In this document: positions 61,072 through 64,000 of the stretch, piece after piece
Layout: each line of letters begins with the position of its first letter
Numbering within the stretch: position 1 is the first letter of the stretch
Assembly: GCA_951406725.2 (NCBI GenBank)
Contig: OX597828.1
Coordinates: forward strand, 13,392,001 to 13,456,000
DNA: 64,000 nucleotides
Direction of reading: 5' to 3'
From: Octopus vulgaris
Taxonomy: Eukaryota
The notes under the pieces: model-generated
The model's input: the letters and a program-made list of their open reading frames with translations, nothing else
Database searches by the model: none
What the model was told of the DNA's origin: nothing
Position numbers and translations under genes: made by a program

Positions 61072-62625
61072 GAGTGAGAGAGCAGTTCATGCCATCAAAA
61101 TGACACTGGGGTAAAATATACAAAGCCCAGTATACCCATCATGACTACCCGTCTGATAAGGGTACACTAGGTACATGCATCACAACCATATGTGTGCGAC
61201 ATGATGATCTCATATCAAGATAAACAGCACATGACCTTGCAGGTGGGGCCCAGTTAGAATTTTCATCTGGTTGAGTAACCTATCCCGCTCAAAAGGTCCC
61301 TGAATAAGGGTTTAAGGATGTTGAATGAAACAACCATGTTTCCAGAGGTGAATTATTCAAACCCCAAAGAATCCTTCTCAACACATGGCTATGATGCTCC
61401 CCCACTACTTCTGCTCGTGATCAGAAATGCACATATCGTCAGCCACTAAGGGACATGCTCAACTGGTTAAGGTCAAACAACTGACTAGCAAATCTGTGCT
61501 ATTGAGCAGAATATGTACAAAACAATGTACATGATAACACTTCAAATCAGTTAAGATCAGAAGCCATGAGAGCTGCTGCCTGGTACTGCATCAGGGCATT
61601 AATATTATTATTATTATAAAAACATATTTATACCATTCATTGTTACTAGGTGCTTTCGTCATGTGATGTGGTCATACAGCACATTGATCAATAATAATTG
61701 ATACATTAGAAACTTGCTATCATAACCTAAAACAGTAATCTACTCAAATTTTGTTTTTCTGGTGTTTTTTTCCCCCCACCCCATTATTAATAAAGTATGA
61801 TATTTCATCTGTTATAATCTTTGTGAAACTGAGAATCCATTTGCTGAATTTTGGTAAGTTGATGAACCACGTATTTTCATCACTTGGTTTCATTTACATA
61901 AAATATAGCATTCTGCCAGGCACTAGTGATAGTTTTAATACTACATAATATATATATATTGTCTTGGAGAAATCTCTGTCGATTATCCAAGCTAATCAAT
62001 GTTATTTATTTTTCAATTTTAAGATTTGAAATATTTTTTTTTCTTTCAGTCCATTACATTGTACTTATACACATTTAATATATTTTTACCATTATTATTA
62101 TTATTATTATTATTATCATTATTATTATTATGATTATTATTATTATTATCATTATTAATCCTTTCCCCACCACCACCACCCACCCATTCCTTTTACATTG
62201 TAAATCTAAAGCATTAGCTTTTAGTTTAATCTCGAGTGATTCCTGGCTAACAATTATTAACTTTGTTATGAATTCGTAATTATTTTTTAATTTTTTAAAA
62301 GGATTTCAAGCATTTGAAACAAAAAAAAAAATTTGATATAATTACATTTATATTTAAATTATTGTTAAATACTGTAATAAGCAGCTGGATTAAATTACCA
62401 AGAAAGAAAATGATTATGATTGGTGGAATGTCATAATTTCTTTTTTTTTTTCTTTTTATGTTTAGGAAAAGACAGAAACAAAAACTCTAAAATGTATATT
62501 TTTATTATTTAAATTTGATTTTAAATACCATTTAAGAATACATATGTACATACATACACACACATGCACACACTTAGCTTTTTATATGATATATATGTAT
62601 GTGAATATAAATATGTATTTATGTA

Positions 62626-62656
<31 letters not shown>

Positions 62657-62690
62657 GGATATATATACTTATATATATACATAAATATAC

Positions 62691-62724
<34 letters not shown>

Positions 62725-63038
62725 TCACGCATACTCACACAGAAAATTTTTTTCAGCATATCATTTTTTTTTTTTTTTTACAGAAAACAACTTTCAATGA
62801 AATCTTTTTAAAGAATCATATTTGTTGTAACTTAAACTTCCTGTTTCTGAGAGAATTTTTTTTTCGTTATTTGTAAAAAAAAAAAAAAGAAGAAAAAATA
62901 CAGTCAGTAGATTTTATGGTTCTTGACATGTAATTTATTTCCTTTACTTAATTCAAGATTTTTTTTTTTTTTGGTATTATAGCTTTAATTGTGGATATAA
63001 GTCTGTTATTTTGTGAGAAAATGTTGGCATAACTATTT

Positions 63039-63044
63039 AATAAA
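63039..63044 (+). terminator. Candidate polyadenylation signal
   Basis: AATAAA followed by T-rich and GT-rich sequence; many AATAAA occur by chance in this DNA. Confidence 0.2.
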
Positions 63045-63939
63045 ACTTTTTTTTCTGAATCTATGTTGTTAGTGATATTGTATAGGTATTTTTTAACAAT
63101 AACAACAGCAACAACAAAACATAAGGACTCTCATTTTTATCATATTGCTTAAACATCACCAAAGTACAGGCTTCAAGGTTTTTATTGAATAAAAAATAAC
63201 AACAACATGTATTAAAAATGTCCATCAGTTTATAAAAGAAGTCTGAAAATGTTACATTAAAAAAATTCAGTACTGATTCCAATGTTCCAAAAATCCAATG
63301 GATTATTCGATATTTAAAAAAAAATAATAATTCTGCATTTTTGTGAGTAGATAGTAAACTTCTGTCCATATATGCTTATTTTTGTTGTTGTCAGTCCTGT
63401 TTAATTGTGTGAAATTTATTTTGAGATGTAAATTAATTAGATTGTTTGTGTTTTTTGTTTTGTTTTTTCCTGCTTTACATTTGACAAAGAAATGAACAAC
63501 AAAAAAAGCAAGCAAACTTTTGATTTGATTGAGGTTAAAATTGTGGTTTAAAAAAACACAGAAAAGAAAAAGATTCCATAAATTTTCGTTCCAAATTTTT
63601 AAATAACCCATAAGTCTTGCCATATTGTCCAAACCCACCTTTTTATTTCCCATTTCAGTGGTGTCTAGATTATTCTAGATGTTCTGTAGAGAATGAGTAT
63701 ATTTCCTTTAGTATTGGCTAGTTTTTCACTTGCTTAGTACAACATAGTCTAGGGTAACTGATTGCCTAGTTATGCCTCACCTGCTTATTTTTCACTATTC
63801 ATTGCTGTTTTTTGCCATCCAGTTTTCCCACCCCCATCCTTATAAATTTAACCTTTACTGTGGTATTTCAGCTATTTATTCTCCTACCCAGCTACTCTGC
63901 AATACTTTTTATATATATATATATATACATTCAACATAC

Positions 63940-63985
<46 letters not shown>

Positions 63986-64000
63986 ATATATATACATATA

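Overview
Eukaryotic, very AT-rich, repeat-saturated genomic DNA. The SINE families, (TA)n/(CA)n/(ATT)n/(CAT)n microsatellites and LINE types are what I associate with a cephalopod (Octopus-like) genome; this is recognition, not a database result. One credible host coding region is present: an uninterrupted 676-aa ORF (54416-56446, +) with poly-T/poly-Q tracts and no product I can name, with a candidate upstream non-coding exon/CCAAT cluster and a long AT-rich downstream region. Recognisable mobile elements include a near full-length, frameshifted CR1-group LINE (7426-11532, -) whose ORF1 has Myb/SANT-like and CCCH motifs, a full-length decayed Tigger/pogo transposon (16976-19110, -), a fragmented RTE-like LINE (29340-33060, -), hAT-, piggyBac-, mariner- and Helentron-type non-autonomous elements, and dozens of SINEs. 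The most notable signal is a set of short, sequence-unrelated, non-coding insertions between 16.5 and 39.5 kb, mostly inside (TA)n tracts and often built as long fold-back palindromes (up to 343-bp arms). They carry type-I minimal hammerhead ribozyme cores (CUGANGA...GAAAC-NNNN-GUH with a palindromic stem-III loop), and one has a 15-bp target-site duplication. Nearly all short ORFs in the supplied track are artefacts of SINEs and microsatellites.
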